The notes below the pieces were generated by a model that did not search any database, had not been told where the DNA came from, and was given only the letters and a program-made list of their open reading frames with translations. Position numbers and translations under genes: made by a program. Below are positions 1 to 13,199 of a stretch of DNA of 64,000 nt, one piece after another (position 1 is the stretch's first letter; each line of letters begins with the position of its first letter). Source of the DNA: Eledone cirrhosa (Eukaryota); NCBI GenBank assembly GCA_964016885.1, contig OZ024741.1:105586001-105650000 (forward strand). Direction: 5' to 3'.

Positions 1-405
1 GAGATATTGCATCAAGTTTTGCCAAAAGCTTGGTGATACTCAAGCTCAAACCAACCAGAAGATTCAGCCAGCCTTTGGCAATGATGCCATAGGTAAAAAT
101 CAGATCAAGGAGTGGTACAACTGCTTCAAACATGGCTGCACCTTAGTAGAGAGCGAGGCACACCCAGGCAGGCCATCCCTGAAAGGGAAGCAATTTAAGT
201 CACGAGAAGAAATTATGAGAAAAGTGATGGTGGACCTCCATAGCATTCCAGAGAAGGCATTCCAGAGGTGTTACTAGCAGTAGCAGAACCGCTGGGGGAA
301 GTGTGTGGACTTCTAAAGAAAGTGTTTTGAAGGTGATTAAATAAAATTTGTGAAATGTACAAAATTGTTTTCTTTATGCCCAACGATCGGATACACACAG
401 AATCT
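1..405 (+). mobile_element. Internally deleted, degenerate mariner transposon (5' end outside window)
   Basis: Manual translation gives a mariner N-terminal HTH (CIKFCQKLGDTQAQT...IKEWYNCFKHG...GRPS) fused directly to the C-terminus (LKGKQFKSREEI...RWGKCV...FEGD*), with in-frame stops. The catalytic core is deleted. Confidence 0.75.
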
Positions 406-879
406 ATAATTATAGTTGGTGATTTTAAAGCGTTACCTACCTATATATATATATACATACAGACACAAACACATGCAGCATATTGTTATAGTTGATATTA
501 ACATTTTCAGAGGCATATGATTATCAAAGTGGCTATGAAAAGCATATAAGTATCCAACTAAAATGGCATCTGACTTAAAATATCCAAGTAAGAATCCATA
601 GACCTATCCAACCACACTATACCAATAAACTATAGATTTTGTATCTGTACCAACCTACCGCACTATACCAATAAACTATAGATTTTGTAGCTGAATCCCA
701 ACAATGGAAATTCAATCCGTGTTCAAACAATTTTGAATAGGAGACATATAGAGTCATACACAAACAGTCACAGAAAGTCACACATACATACATGTACATA
801 TACCATGCCACACATTTTCCCAAGCCAGACTACAACACTATACTGACAACTTTGGCTCTATAGCTTCTGACTTCCGCAA

Positions 880-1100
880 TACAAAACAAATAACAACAAC
901 AAAAGTAACAACAATAATAATAACAACAAAAACAACAATAAAAACAATAGTAACAAAAGTACTAACAACAAAAACAACAATAATAATAACAACAATAGTA
1001 ACAAAAGTACTAACAACAAAAACAACAATAATAATAACAATAGTAACAAAAGTACTAACAACAAAAACAATAATAATAGTAACAATAATAATAATGACAA
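880..1100. repeat. (AAC/AAT)n trinucleotide array with ~39-bp higher-order unit
   Basis: Repeated 'acaaaagtactaacaacaaaaacaacaataataataac' units. Explains the low-complexity ORFs. Confidence 0.9.
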
Positions 1101-1261
1101 TACACATAAAAGAAATCATAAAGCGCTCATTGGAGCTTAAAAATATAAGGCATATAAAATATAAGGTATATAAAATATTAAGACAAAAACATAACTACAC
1201 TTTGCTTCATCCCCTACCACACTACTAGCATTACCAATAATCATAACAGTATGAATCACAA

Positions 1262-1482
1262 TAATAATAATTGTTTCTACATTTGGCACAAGGCCAGCAA
1301 TTTAAAGGGAAAGGGAAAATTGATTAAATAGACCCCAATGGTGCTTTATTTTATCGACCTCATAAGGATGAAAGGCAAAGCTAACTTCAGCAGGATTTGA
1401 ATTCAGAATGTGAAGGGACTAACTACATGCTGCAAAGCATGTTGTCCAACACTCTACCGAAACTGTCAATCTACCACCCTAA
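1262..1482 (-). mobile_element. tRNA-derived SINE, family 1, (TTA)n tail
   Basis: Reverse complement of the intact copy at 5088-5275 (core gcctttcatccttacggggtcgataaaataaagtacc). Confidence 0.8.
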
Positions 1483-1496
1483 TAATAGTAATAATA

Positions 1497-3105
1497 ATTG
1501 ATGACATCGGAATGGAGTTTGGGCTTGATAAGTGTGCCAAGGCCACTTTCAAGAAAGGGAAGTTGATAAACTCAAATTCAGTCAAATTAGATGTTGAAAC
1601 AATTATGATAGACATTGAGCAGGAACAAACCTATAAATACCTAGGTATAAATGAAGGCTTCGACATTCAGCATGCAAGCATGAAAGAGAAGATAAGGAAG
1701 GAATGTTATAGGAGAATATGAGCAGTTCAGAAATCTGAATATCATATAACAAAGTGTTTGCTATAAATTCATTAGCAGTTCCAGTTGTTAATTATAGCTT
1801 CAATGTGTTGAACTGGAATATCAGTGAAATAAAGAGAATTGACACAAAAATTCCTATTTTGCTAACTTATAATAATATGTACCACCCAAAGGTAGATGTG
1901 GATCATCTTTACCTTCTCAGAATTCAAGGAGGCAGAGGTTTGACCCTGTTTGAACTTTTTACAAAACCACCACAATTGGACTGGCCAAATAAATTGAAAC
2001 AACAAATGACTGGATGCTGAAGCTCGTTGAAAAACATGAGAGGAATAAGAAGCTTCATTCTACCTTGAAAGAGAGCAAAAAATTTGCTATTAATCTCATG
2101 ATTGATATCCAGGCTGAACAGACTGAGGGAACAATAGCCCACAGTTGTCACAAAGGAAGTAAAATTAATGGCTAAGAAAATGGTGGGAACAGAAAATCAA
2201 GCCAATGTGATGAGAAATGGGGTAGACCCAAAGTGCCAATTTTGTAATGATGAGATTGAAACAACAGACCACTTAATCACTGGATGTAAAGTTTTAGCAT
2301 CAGTAGAGTATAAATCAAAGTTGGCCAATATCTACACTGGTGAATATGTTGGCAATATAAAATCAAAATTGCTGACAAGTGGTATAAGCATCACCCTGAG
2401 GCTGTAACTAATAGAGAAAATGATTAACGATTCATTGTAACTTTCCTGTACATACATACAGAACCATCAATGCTAATAGACTGGATATTATTGTAAAAAC
2501 CAAAATAACAAAGTCTGTTCATTGATTGATATGAGCATCCAATGTGATCACAATATTGCAGAAAAAGAATTTGACAAGCTCAGAAAATATAAGGATTTGC
2601 TTATTGAAATTGAAAAAATGTGGTATCTCAAGGTGGTTACAATACCAGTGGTTGTAGGAGTACTAGGAATAATAAAAAAAAAGGAACAGAAAATTGCTTG
2701 AGAATGATTCCTGGTCTACCATCACTGTAAGAAGTGCAAAAAAACTGTTTTAATTGTTTAGCACACATTTTGAGAAGAGTACTGTGAGAATGATAAATCA
2801 TCTATGTAATTTTTTTTACATAATTTTATTTTATTATATTCCATAATTATGTAAGTTGTAAATAATCAAGCACGTTTATATGATTGATTATGATTCTGTT
2901 GTAAATATGATTTTAAACAAATAATGTGCACATGTATAAAGCAACTAATATACTTTTAACTGTGTAAAGTGCATGACGTGAACAATCTGGTGTGTTTATT
3001 TTTGTGGTTTAATGTAAGCAGGGAGTTTCTCTGCCCAAGGTGTTGGGAAGACACTCAACAAGAAATGGGAACAAAACTGGAGGAAGAGGAAAACACAAAT
3101 AATAA
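1497..3105 (+). mobile_element. 5'-truncated degenerate R4/Dong-clade non-LTR retrotransposon (RT C-terminus, CCHC, restriction-like endonuclease)
   Basis: ORF pieces DDIGMEFGLDKCA, YKYLGI, AINSLAVPVV, GGRGL, KCQFCNDEIETTDHLITGC, then a decayed NRPD-like motif and KYKDL...IPVVVG. Many frameshifts; flanked by (TAA)n. Confidence 0.8.
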
Positions 3106-3139
3106 TGGTTTCTTATATAAGGATAATGGTTTCTTATAA

Positions 3140-4132
3140 TGATAATAATGATGAAATGAAAACAACCATGGAAAAAGGAAAGCAGGCAAAAATAATTGCA
3201 AAGAAAGAATCATTAAGGAAACTGGTAGAGAAATGGCAAGAAAAGTCTTTGTATGGAAAATACCCAGAAAGAACTAACAATCCTGATGTTAACAAAACTT
3301 TAAACCATTAATGGTTAACATCTTCTAGAGTGAAATCAGAGACTGATGGACTGATTATATCAACACAAGATCAGTGTTTATAAAAAAACAAAAAAAAACA
3401 AAAAAACTATCAAGTCAATATCATAAAAAGGATACAACCCATTATGCCATGTGTATAAAGAACAACCAAAGACCATTGATTATATAATTTCAATGAACAG
3501 TTTTATTAGCACCAACCGAATACCTTAACAGGCACAATAGAGTTGCACAATACATACATTGGATAAAATGCAAATATTTTGATCTGCCCCATCAAAATAA
3601 TTTGTGGGAGCATCAACCACCTCCTGTACATGAAGAAGGCCACATTTCAATTCTTTAGAACTTTAGCATTCAAACAGACCGGAAAATGGATGCAAATAGG
3701 CCTGCTATTGAAGGAATTTCAACAGAATGTATGCATGTTAATTGGCATGACTATTCTTAAAGACAAGAACGTATCGGTAAAATCATTTGTAAAAGACCTG
3801 GAAATAGAGATTGGAAAATGTGAATGTTGAGAACTAAAATAATACCAGTGGTTGTAGACGCTCTAAGAATAATATCTAAGGGGTCTAATGATTTCTTATC
3901 CCAAATTCCAAGAAACACACGTATAGAAGAAATACAAAAGACAGTACTAATGGGAACTTCCCATATGCCAAGGAAAATTCTGTCGATATAAGTTCATCCC
4001 ACAATTGTAAATATCTAAAGTTATATATTTTTTTCACTATTTTAGAACATAGCAGAACTTGTCTCTTGAGGCCACTGGTAGTGACTTAGTGATAACTTGT
4101 ATGAACAGAAAGAAAAATCAAAACATAATGAT
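3140..4132 (+). mobile_element. Second degenerate R4/Dong-type fragment (3' end)
   Basis: KWQEKSLYGKYP, WL...KSETDGLIISTQDQ, YLNRHNRVAQYIHW, KDLEIEIGK, IIPVVV motifs. TAA-rich flanks. Confidence 0.7.
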
Positions 4133-4611
4133 AATGGTTTCTGATTTAGCCACAAGGCCAACAATGTTTGGGGTAGGGGAAGTTAATTAAATAGGACCCT
4201 AGTGCATTACTGGTAATTTATTTCATCAACAGCAGGATTTAATAATAATAAATAAAGCAAGAAGTGCCTATAAAAAGTAAATTGTGGCACTTAATTGTGG
4301 TAGATTAGGTTGATTGTAATATTAGTAATACGATAAATCAATAATGTATTGGTGGTGGTGGTGGTGGTGATACTGGGTGTTGGTGTTGGTGGCGTTGGTG
4401 TTTTCCTTTTCCCTGTTTTCTTGTCTTCCTCCCTACCTTCCTCCATCCCCTCCACTCTACCATATCTTATTTTTTATTTATATTTAACACTATTCTTTCT
4501 CTGTTATCTCATACCCTCCCTATTACTGCCCCCTCCCCACATATCCATCCCATTCACCCTCTCTACCAACAGTCTTCCCCTATTTATACTGTTTCTGTCA
4601 TTGAACATTTC

Positions 4612-4666
4612 AGTCTTGTCTGATGATCCTGTAAATACACAGCTGAAACTCCAGAATAACAAGACT
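4612..4666 (+). ncRNA. Degenerate type-I hammerhead ribozyme motif
   Basis: agtcttgt-CTGATGA-tcctgtaaatacacagct-GAAA-ctccagaa-TA-acaagact. Stem I is a perfect 8 bp, stem II has ctgt/acag, and stem III looks like a decayed CTCCGGAG palindrome. Preceded by a CT-rich tract. Confidence 0.6.
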
Positions 4667-4757
4667 CATTACATGGCATACATAAAAACAATAGTAATGA
4701 AAATACTGCTATAATTATAGTAGAACAATATTAAATGTTACTTATAACAATTTTGTA

Positions 4758-5790
4758 TAATAATTGTTTCTACTTTTGACACAAAGCCAGCAAATTGAAG
4801 GGAAAGAGAAAGTTAATTAAATTGACCCCAGTGCATTACTGGTATTTTGTCAACCCCGTATAATTTCAAATCTAGGTACAAGGCCTGCAAGTTGGTGGAA
4901 GGGTAAAGTAGATTATATTAACCTCAATACTCAACTGGTACTTTATTTTATCAACCTCAAAAAGATGAAAGGCAAAGCTGAACTTAGAGGGATTTGAACT
5001 CAGAATGTAAAGTGCTGGAACAAGTCTGGCTAAGTATTTCCACAATGCTTTAATAACTCTGACAATCCACTGTTCATTATTTTACTGAAGGGCGGTGGAT
5101 TGGCAGTATCGGTAGAGGGTCGGACGCCATGCTTTCCAGCATAGTTACGTCCCTTTACGATCTGAGTTCAAATCCCACCGAGGTTGACTTTGCCTTTCAT
5201 CCTTACGGGGTCGATAAAATAAAGTACCAGTAATGCACTGGGTAATTTGCTGGCCTTGTGCCTAAAGTAGAAACAATTATTTTACTGGTAATAATTGTTT
5301 CTATTTTTGGCACAATTGGAAGGAGGGAAGGGGAAAGTTGATTAAATCGACCCCAGTGCATTACTGGTACTATATTTTATAAACCCGTAAGAATGAGAGG
5401 TAAAGCTAACCGTGGCAGGATTTGAACTCAGAACATAAAGGGCCATAACTATATGCTACAAAGCATGTTGTCTGATGCTCTACCAATACTGCCAATCCAT
5501 CACCCTAATAATAATAATAATAATGGTTTCTGATTTAGGCACAAGGCCAACAACTTTGGGGGAGGGGAAAGTCGATCAAATGGACCTCAGTGTGTTATTG
5601 GTACTTTATTTCATCGACATCGTAGGGATGAAAAGCAAAGCTAACCTTGGTGGGATTTGAACTCAGAACATAAAGGGATGTAACTATATGTTGCTGAGCC
5701 TGTTGTCCGATGCTCTATTAATACTGCCAATCCACTGCACTAATAATAATACTGATAATGATAATTGTTTTTTAACTTAGGCACAATATT
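4758..5790. mobile_element. Cluster of at least five family-1 SINE copies or fragments separated by (TAA)n
   Basis: Repeated ttgtttctacttttggcacaaggcc...ggatttgaactcagaa modules on the minus strand, plus one plus-strand copy. Confidence 0.8.
5088..5275 (+). mobile_element. Young full-length tRNA-derived SINE (family 1) with 12-bp TSD
   Basis: A-box-like tggcagtatcgg, B-box gagttcaaatccc, direct repeat ATTATTTTACTG at 5076-5087 and 5276-5287. Confidence 0.85.
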
Positions 5791-6153
5791 CTCTTAACTC
5801 CTACCCATCCTCCTTGACCTAATGTTACATCAATTGAGATGTTAATCTGTTAAAGCCTCCTTAGATATCCTGTTTTAAATCATGTCTACCCTAATATTAC
5901 ATCAGTTATTGATGTTAATCTTATTCTAAACCCTTAACACCCCACTCTACTGCTACTGAGGTACTCTTTTTAACTCCTAACCCTCCTTTACTTAATATGG
6001 TAATCTTATTTTAATCTGTTTTAACCCCTATCTGCTCTAATATTCCACCAGTTGTTGATGTGGCATGTTAACATTCAGTCATTAAGCTGTCAAAGTATTA
6101 GGATAAAACATGTTGACACATAGCTAAAATGAATGTGGACATCTAAGCTAACT

Positions 6154-6196
<43 letters not shown>

Positions 6197-6859
6197 ACAC
6201 AATTATTAGAATCTCATCAATAACAAATCAGAATTGACTGATAAATTGATTGATTCTTGTATCTCAGAATTGACAGTAAAAAGTATAGCAATAAATACAA
6301 ACAGCACTTTTCTAAAAATATCTTAAACAAATACATTAATGGCTGTTTTGGAAACAAGCTGGGTACTGGCCAACAGCCAAATAGAATCAAAGAAAAGGAA
6401 AGCAAATGAATTGTTTTAAATGATTTTATGTGAAACACCTTCAGGCATCTCTGCTCTAAATAGCCTAAACTAAACATTAATGCCAACACTTTCATTAGTA
6501 TAATATTTCCAAGACCAATGGTCATCTAAAAAGAAAATATCTTTAGTAACTCTGTAACAGACTGAGTTTTAACTCCCAGCTCTGTGCTAAAGATATTATT
6601 GGTATGTCTTTTACCTCGGGTTCTTATGTATCAAAAATATTACTGGTACATCTTTTACCACCCACTCATTGAGTGGCAAATATATTACATTTTAATTTAG
6701 TTTGTGAAGAACAGATCCTGACAAAGCAAACAAAACAAATTTGATCCAAATATAATATTTTATTTTTAAGAATTTTGTTGAAAGAATCAGAATAGAGAAA
6801 GACTAAATATTGCAAGACATTTTATTGTTCACACCAGAGTCCCAGCCATCCCAATACAA

Positions 6860-7078
6860 TGTTTCCTTGGTCCAATCTGATGATCAGCTCCTTTCTTTTG
6901 ACAGGAGCTGTGACTGACATATTGTGTCTGTTATAGAACGACTAATAAAAACGTTTCCTTGGTTTGATCTGATGATCACCTTTCTTCTACCAGGAGTTGT
7001 GACTGACAGATAGTATCAACACTGGCAGGACTAACAGAAACATTATTTCCTTATTCTGATCTGTTGATCAGCTCATTT
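6860..7078. repeat. Diverged ~90-bp tandem repeat, 2.5 copies
   Basis: tttccttggt..atctgatgatca..caggag.tgtgactgaca recurs at ~6861, ~6953 and ~7046. Confidence 0.75.
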
Positions 7079-7439
7079 TCTTTCTCTTTTCCTATTTTTA
7101 ATGGGGTTTATGAGTAACTTGAATAATGTAGCCATATACTGTGGAAGTATCAACATCATCATCACCACACAAATGAATATTAAAATAGGGAAAGTGAATA
7201 GTTAATAGATTCTATAGCAAACCAGGAAGTATCTACAGGAAATGAGTTCTTGAAAAGCACTATAGTTAAAAGGTCAGAGCAGTGTGCTTAGTATTGATTT
7301 AAAGGGGAGATTCTGTTGAAAAGGGAATACGAATTAGTTATGTATGACACCATAGTATTAAGAGAAAATATTCTAGTAAATCCATATAATAACTGTACAA
7401 ACTTTTAGTCCATCTGTCATATGAACACTATGGTCTGTT

Positions 7440-7780
7440 AACATCATCATCATCACCATTTAACATCTATTTTCTATTCTTGCAAGGGTTAGATGGGTTG
7501 TCATCTTAGATTAGACTGGTTAGCTGACCATGTCTTGCTTGTACATTCCCATTTTTGGTTTGGTTTCTATGGCTGGATGCTCTTCCTAATACTATACAGC
7601 TTGTACTGGGAGAATGGTTTCTATAGCTAGATGCTCTTCCTAACATCAACCACTTAACAGTGGGTACTGGTAGTATGGTTTCTGCAGCTGGATGCCCTTC
7701 TTAACCACACTTTACAGTGTGTACTGGGAGCATGGTTTCTACTGCTGGATACTCTTCCTAACACAAACAACTTCACTGTG
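7440..7780 (-). mobile_element. RTE-tail-derived repeat with four tandem internal units
   Basis: (CAT)n tail, then four copies of ggtttcta..gctggatgctcttcctaac...tactgg. Confidence 0.65.
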
Positions 7781-7964
7781 TTTGTTACTTGTGTTTTTGT
7801 GATGTATTCCTTTTGTTTTATATGTTGTATTTCAAAATAAGATTTTTTTTTGTTTATAAGATGTATCTTAAGTTAGCTAAGACTGTTGGAATCCAACATT
7901 ACATTTAGATGTGGACTATTTTTCCTCCAAATTTTATACAAATATATTGTTATATTTTCATAGC

Positions 7965-8215
7965 AATTTGTTGAAAGATGGGTGAGAGATGTGAGCATGG
8001 CCTGAGTGAAATGGCCTGCTCTGAATATGCGCCTGTAGATTGGAGGGGCAAAACTGGGAGAGGGCACTTGCCCTGGTGGTTAGGGTTTTCTTTGTTTCAT
8101 TTTTTTGTTACATCCTTTGTTTTTGTTTTATGTATTTGTTTTTACATGCAGAAAAGCCCATTTGTGCTGTCCTTAATGTTACTTTGTGTCAACCCTTGTG
8201 GTTAATAAAGAAAAC
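7965..8215 (+). mobile_element. 3' end of L1/Tx1-like LINE
   Basis: Visibly homologous to ~29960-30220, which follows a CCHC finger. Ends in aataaagaaaa. Confidence 0.55.
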
Positions 8216-8735
8216 ATTTCTAGAGTGTCTGTCTCTGAGAAATATGCATGTAAAATAGAAACACATTCCTCTCATGTCCACTTAGGCCTTTTCTCTCATT
8301 TGAAAGACTTAAAGAGTAAAGTCTGGCTCTTTCATAAATTGCCATAATTTTCATTGGATGCCAATTTATTTGCATGAAAGATTTTTCATACTTTTTATGC
8401 ATCAAATTCAAAGTAAGCATTCCCTTTTTAACATTATTATTATTATTATTATTAATATTATTTTCTCCTACACTTCAGTTGTAGTTTATTGTTAGATTTT
8501 CACAAAAATAAATAAATAGCAATTGAAAGAATCCAAGAAAAATCAAGTCTAGTTTAAGAATTATGGAAAACAAAATGAAAAATTACTGAGCAGAGAAGAG
8601 GCTGCCAACATCTCAAAATGTTCTGCTTAATTTCCATCTAATTATAAACATTTAATGCTAAGTGAATTACAATGTGGTTAATGATAGAATAAGATATTTT
8701 TGATATTTATGAACTTAGAAAGCTAAAATTTTCTG

Positions 8736-9270
8736 TAGGTGCAGACATAGCTGGGTGGTTAAGGAGTTCACCTCACAATCATGTGGTTTCAGGTTCACCC
8801 CTACTGAGTGGCACCTTGAGCAAGTATCTTTCTACTGTAGCATTGGATTGACAGATGCCTTGTGAGTAGAATTTGGTAGATGGTAACTGCAGAAGTCAGT
8901 CATGTGTGTGTGTGTGTTTATATGTTTATATGAATATATGCATGTTTGTATCATCATCATCATTTGTATATGTATGTAAATGGGCATGTTTGTATATGTA
9001 TAATATATGTGTGTGTGTATACATGTTTATATGTGCATGTATGTTTCTATATGTATATATGTGTGTGTGTCCGTTTTTCTGTTTACGTCTGTGTCTGTAT
9101 TTATGCCCTGTAACTTATCAGTTTCACAAACAGGAGATTGATAAGATAAATTCCAGATTTTAAACCCCCCAAAAGTACTACTGTCAATATGATTGACAAA
9201 ATCCCTTCAAAACAGTGCTCCACCATGGCCACCCCTATGAAATGGGAACAAGTTAATGAATAAATAGATA
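8736..9270 (+). mobile_element. Degenerate tRNA-derived CORE-like SINE with internal (TG/TA)n expansion
   Basis: Head tagctgggtggttaag...ggttca, core caccttgagcaagt, internal microsatellite, 3' part ending aataaa. Confidence 0.6.
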
Positions 9271-9934
9271 CAGGAATGTATACATATATACATTTACAAT
9301 AACACACATGCACATATATACATATACAAACATACATCTATACACATATACAAAAACACATATGTACATACACAAACATTCAAACACATAGAAATACATA
9401 TACACAGATACATATAGAAACACACACACACATCAAATAAATCAACTCAATAAAACCATTTTGCTTCTTTAGTTTTCTACTGCCACCACACAGACATTAA
9501 AACAACCAAAAATATTTATTCTACATCTAAAAATATTTCTCTTAATGGTTATCAATAATAGACTTGATAATCTTCAGAGAAAAGCTTGTTTTAGGTGAAT
9601 AATCCTACAGAACTTTGGGTTTTATTTTGTGAATATCTTGTATTTTTCATTGTTTTTATCATCTTTTGTGGTTTTAGTTGGTCTTTTAGAATACACTACT
9701 ACCATCACTGGCCTGCTGAAAGCACCAAGTCACACAGATTCTACCAAATTATGCCAGAGTATTTCAGTTCACAGATCTTGTCTTATGTTTATGTGCTGTG
9801 CATGTGTGTGTGAGAGAGAAAGGGAGAAAGCCTACCATTGGAAATGATAATACAGAGATGTACTAATGGTGATGAACAGACAAGAAAAGGTAGAGAGGCG
9901 TTTTGGTACCGTCAAAGACTTGTTAACCTCAAGT

Positions 9935-10305
9935 GTTGGCACCACAATAAAATGCACCTAATTCATTCTGTAAAGTGGTAGTGCTGGTAAAAATACACAC
10001 AGTACACTCTAAAGTGGTAGGTTAGTAAAATACACTCAATACACCCTGTAAAGTGGTAGTGCTGGTACCACGATAAAATGCACCCAACTCACTCAGTAAA
10101 ATGGTAGTGCTGGTGCCATGATAAAATGCACCTGGTACACTCTGTAAAATGGTTGGCATTAAGAAGGACATCCAATTGTAGTAACAATGTCAAAATATAG
10201 AATATATAAGCAAGTTGTGGTTCTCTGACCTATCTAGTTTTGGACCTTGTAATCAACCTGTCCAAGCAATGCCAGCTGGGGAAGAGGACATAAAATGATG
10301 ATATC
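9935..10305 (+). repeat. RTE-tail SINE-like element with ~5 tandem ~42-bp units
   Basis: Units ctgtaaagtggtagtgctggtaccacgataaaatgcacc, then ggttggcattaagaagg and a tgatgat tail. Confidence 0.65.
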
Positions 10306-10489
10306 AGGCTTTCATAATAACATGTAGCATTGATAATAACAGCATGTAGGACTGATAACAAATAATATTAATAATTGTTTCTACTTTTGGCTCAAGGCCA
10401 GCAATTATCCCCGTAACTCTATGCTTCAAAGCATGACGTCCGACCTTCTACTGGTACTACCAATCCAATATTAATAATAACAACTTATA

Positions 10490-10740
10490 CTATTTGATAA
10501 AAACAACATGTAGCATTGACAAAATACAACATGCAGCATTGATAATAACATATAGTATTGATAACCACTACACAGTATTGATAATCACAACATGTAGTAT
10601 TGATAACCACAATACAATATTGATAACCATAACACAGTATTGATAACCACAATGCAGCATTGATAGCCACAACACAGTATTGATACCACAACATGTAGTA
10701 TTGATAATAATAATATGTAGTATTGATAATAGTAACATGT
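10490..10740. repeat. ~21-bp minisatellite
   Basis: (gtattgataaccacaacacag)n-like units. Confidence 0.85.
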
Positions 10741-11387
10741 GATATTTGTTATCATAGATTGCTATAGATAGCTTTAGTGGCCAGTAAAGAAGTTTTAAAT
10801 CTGTAGAGACCTTAAAAAATTGATTTGGCTTGTCATAAAATCTCAAAGATGTGTGTATCTGTGTATGAACATGTGTGTGTACCTGTATATGAATGTGTGT
10901 GTATTTTATGTGTATGCATGTGTTTGTATATGTGTATGCATGTGTTTGTATATGTGTATGCATGTGTGTGTATATTTTTATGCACATGTTTGTATATGGG
11001 TATGTATATTTGTATGCATGTGTGTTTGTATGTGAGTGCATATGTGTGTATGTATGTATCTATGTGTGCGTACATATCTATGTGTGTGTGTGCTACAGGG
11101 ATGTTTGCAAGAGAGATATGAAGGCACTCAGTATTAATGTGGGAGAGTGTTGTAGTGATGTAGATGAGTGAGAGAAATGGAAAGGTACCCAGAACTTGTA
11201 GATGAAGCTAAGAGAGAAGAGAAGCTGAGAGATGCTGCAGATAGATAGATAAATGGTACACAGAAAGGGTCACAACACAGCAATACCAACAGACTAATGA
11301 GAACATAGAGATTTCACTTTTACAACAGAAACTTCCATTCTCACATTGGTCTTTTCACCTATAAGCAGCACAGCTTCTAAATTATAG

Positions 11388-11792
11388 AGATGTTACCAAT
11401 GGTCATCCTAGATGTTATCTATAATCAACTAAAATGTCACCTATGGTCAGCCAAGATGTCACCTATAATCAGATTAGATGTCCCCTGTAGTCAGTTAATA
11501 TGTCACCTATAGTCAGCTAATATGTACACCTATGGTCAGTCAAGATGTTACCAATGGTCAGCCTAGATGTCACCTATAGTCAGCCAAGATGTCACCAAAG
11601 GTCAGCCTAGATGTCACCTATAGTCAGCCAAGATGTCACCTATGGTCAGCCTAAATGTCACCTATGGTCACCTATAGTTAGACTAGATGTCATCTATAGT
11701 CAGCCTAGATGTCACCTATAGTCAGCTTAGATGTCACCTATAGTCAGCGAAAATGTCACCAAAAGTCAGTCAAGCTGTCCCTTATAGTCAGT
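11388..11792. repeat. 22-bp minisatellite
   Basis: (tagatgtcacctatagtcagcc)n, about 18 units. Confidence 0.9.
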
Positions 11793-11809
11793 TATGATGA
11801 AATAGCAAA

Positions 11810-12222
11810 CTGTAGATGTAGTGGAAACATGTACAGTGTTATATAAGACAAACGGAAGATGTAGTGGAAATAAGTACAGTGGTATATGGTATACAGTGGT
11901 ATAACTATAGATGTAGTGGAAATATGTACAATGGTATATAAGAGTAAAATATAGATGTAGTGGAAATATGTAGTGTTATAAAGGAGTAAAATATAGATGT
12001 AGTGGAAATATGTACAGTGGTATATAAGAGAAAAATATAGATGTAGTGGAAATATGTACAGTGGTATATAAGAATAAAATATAGATGTAGTGGAAATATG
12101 TACAGTGGTATATAAGAGTAAAATATAGATGTAGTGGAAATATGTACAGTGGTATATAAGAGTAAACTGTAGATGTAGTGGAAATATGTATAGTGTTATA
12201 CAAGAGTAAACTATAGATGAGG
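11810..12222. repeat. 44-bp minisatellite
   Basis: (tatagatgtagtggaaatatgtacagtggtatataagagtaaaa)n, about 9 units. Confidence 0.9.
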
Positions 12223-13199
12223 TGAACTAAACAAATCTATGACAACATTGCTTAACAACAGTAATTACCTTAGCAACAAACCTGTTTTTTTTGTTTTTGT
12301 TTATTTAGTTATTTTTCTACTTTTCTCTTTATTCTAAGCAGATTAATTCTGTATGTGTGTATATGTAAGTGGATACATTTGTACATTGAGATCTGTGTGT
12401 GTATGTGTGTCTATATGTGTGTGTATATGTGTGTATGTTCTACTGTGTATGCATGTCTTATTGTCTCTATACATACCTGCTGTATTCCTGCAACCACATA
12501 CCTTATTTCTAGCTTTTCTATCAGAATTAAATCTCAGATTAAGGCTTAAAATAATTACAATTGTTTTTGACATATAACCCCAATAAAACTATAATAATTT
12601 CTATTGTTTTTGACATAAAACCCCACTAAAACTATAATAATTTCTATTGTTCTTACATACACCTCACTAAAACTATAATTGTAATTATGCTGATCAACTT
12701 TCATAAGTAACAGCTTCATTCCCAATATGGCATTAAGGAAAATATTTTTTAACACTAAATGTAGCAATGATAGAATTCAGAACTGAAACATGAAAAGAAA
12801 AAGAAACTCATGTCCTTCTCTCATCAAGCACAATTCTACAATTCTACAATCTGAAATTAAACTAAACATTAGCCACATTAATAACTTCACTTAATAATGC
12901 TAATCTCCCAATATGTAGAGTAAGAAATATGTAACACAGCTTCTGTTCAGACTAAGATAACATGTAACACAAAATAAACTTGCCATACCCTACAATTAAA
13001 GTATTATCCAGAAGCAGTTATACATATATGCACTATCAATACATATATTATGCACATATGCAGTATCAATACAGCCGTTATGCACATATTCCGTATCAAT
13101 ACAGTCATTATAAACATATGCAATATTAATACATCTGTGCAAATTAGATGAAATCACTTCAATATGCAAACAACCATGCAGCCAAGTACTAAGTATTGG

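Noticed and set aside
6439-6525. Possible minus-strand exon after ttttctttttag (also after tttcatgtttcag at ~12782)
   Set aside because: Good acceptors, but the frame is ambiguous, donors are weak or stops come early, and there is no recognisable homology. Not called without RNA data.
11388-12222. Regular repeats superficially like a CRISPR array
   Set aside because: Head-to-tail units without unique spacers, no cas genes, eukaryotic context.
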